A DNA stretch of 64,000 bases from an uncultured Oscillospiraceae bacterium (GTDB lineage: Bacteria; Bacillota; Clostridia; Oscillospirales; Ruminococcaceae): NCBI GenBank assembly GCA_964460755.1, contig CAYWQL010000003.1, forward strand, positions 28,809-92,808, given 5' to 3'. The position numbers and the translations under genes are program-made. Shown here one piece after another: positions 63,842 to 64,000 of this stretch (its first letter is position 1; every line of letters starts with the position of its first letter). A model generated the notes under the pieces. It was not told where the DNA came from and made no database searches. It worked only from the letters and a program-made list of their open reading frames with translations.

Positions 63842-64000
63842 ATGAATTTGTCTGAAATTTTTACCTTTCCCTCTAAGGAACAGGAGCAGTACGACCAACA
63901 GCTGTTTGAAACGCGCATTTTCCCCTTCGGAGCGGAAAAGCAAAAAGCGATTGAATTGAATCTTCTGCGACAGGTCATTTTTACACGCTGCGGCGACGAC
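63842..64000 (+). CDS. 5' end of an unidentified gene, truncated by the window edge
   Basis: ATG 63842 lies 7 nt after GAGGAG and the frame stays open to the window end (MNLSEIFTFPSKEQEQYDQQLFETRIFPFG...). Confidence 0.5.
   Translation, partial: MNLSEIFTFPSKEQEQYDQQLFETRIFPFGAEKQKAIELNLLRQVIFTRCGDD

Noticed and set aside
1-64000. A whole-window scan for CRISPR repeats, tRNA/rRNA genes, IS elements, integrases, phage genes, toxin-antitoxin pairs or known defence-system genes.
   Set aside because: I recognised none. Every ORF of 100 aa or more on the coding strand is accounted for by the genes listed above. A tool-based scan (tRNAscan-SE, Infernal, DefenseFinder/PADLOC, ISEScan) would be needed to exclude small or divergent elements.

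Overview
This is a 64-kb, densely coding chromosomal segment (about 55 genes, short intergenic gaps). It appears to come from a spore-forming Firmicute of the class Clostridia, based on spmAB, an AbrB-type regulator, a CIRCE operator, S-box and L-box riboswitches, and roughly 50% GC by eye. I found no rRNA, tRNA, CRISPR array, transposase, integrase or phage gene, so the window looks like core chromosome rather than an island.

Gene content, left to right:
- GNAT acetyltransferase, spmA/spmB, abrB-like regulator, HAD hydrolase and nagB.
- Two uncharacterised membrane proteins next to pdxK.
- A polar amino-acid ABC importer behind a lysine riboswitch.
- A four-gene operon: SLC45-like MFS transporter, orphan surface protein, MscS channel and a cytoplasmic 5'-nucleotidase.
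- A 1326-aa PAS/GGDEF/GAF/GGDEF/EAL protein.
- A PIG-L deacetylase, GH20 hexosaminidase and GPH transporter cluster.
- A complete hisZGDCBHAF(IE)K operon, trailed by a sugar-phosphate nucleotidyltransferase and a stand-alone PTS Enzyme-I N-terminal (EIN) protein.
- luxS convergent with an S-box-controlled metK.
- MFS plus GH2, then degV.
- CIRCE-controlled htpG, then fumC and a malic enzyme.
- An orphan ECF S-component and a DUF3842 protein.
- A YtrA-type ABC operon with a perfect 15-bp palindromic operator.
- A LacI-type sensor domain fused to GGDEF.
- An Hpt protein followed by a giant Cache/REC/EAL gene broken by one in-frame TAA.
- A GH94 phosphorylase, a DUF2975 plus HTH pair, adhE plus a kinase, and a PadR operon.

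The most unusual material is the c-di-GMP / Hpt-REC cluster at 47.4-54.4 kb (nonsense codon, G10 tract, sensor fusions) and the EIN plus nucleotidyltransferase pair. I did not recognise any clear new defence or mobile system. All family calls come from reading motifs by eye and none was confirmed by a database search.
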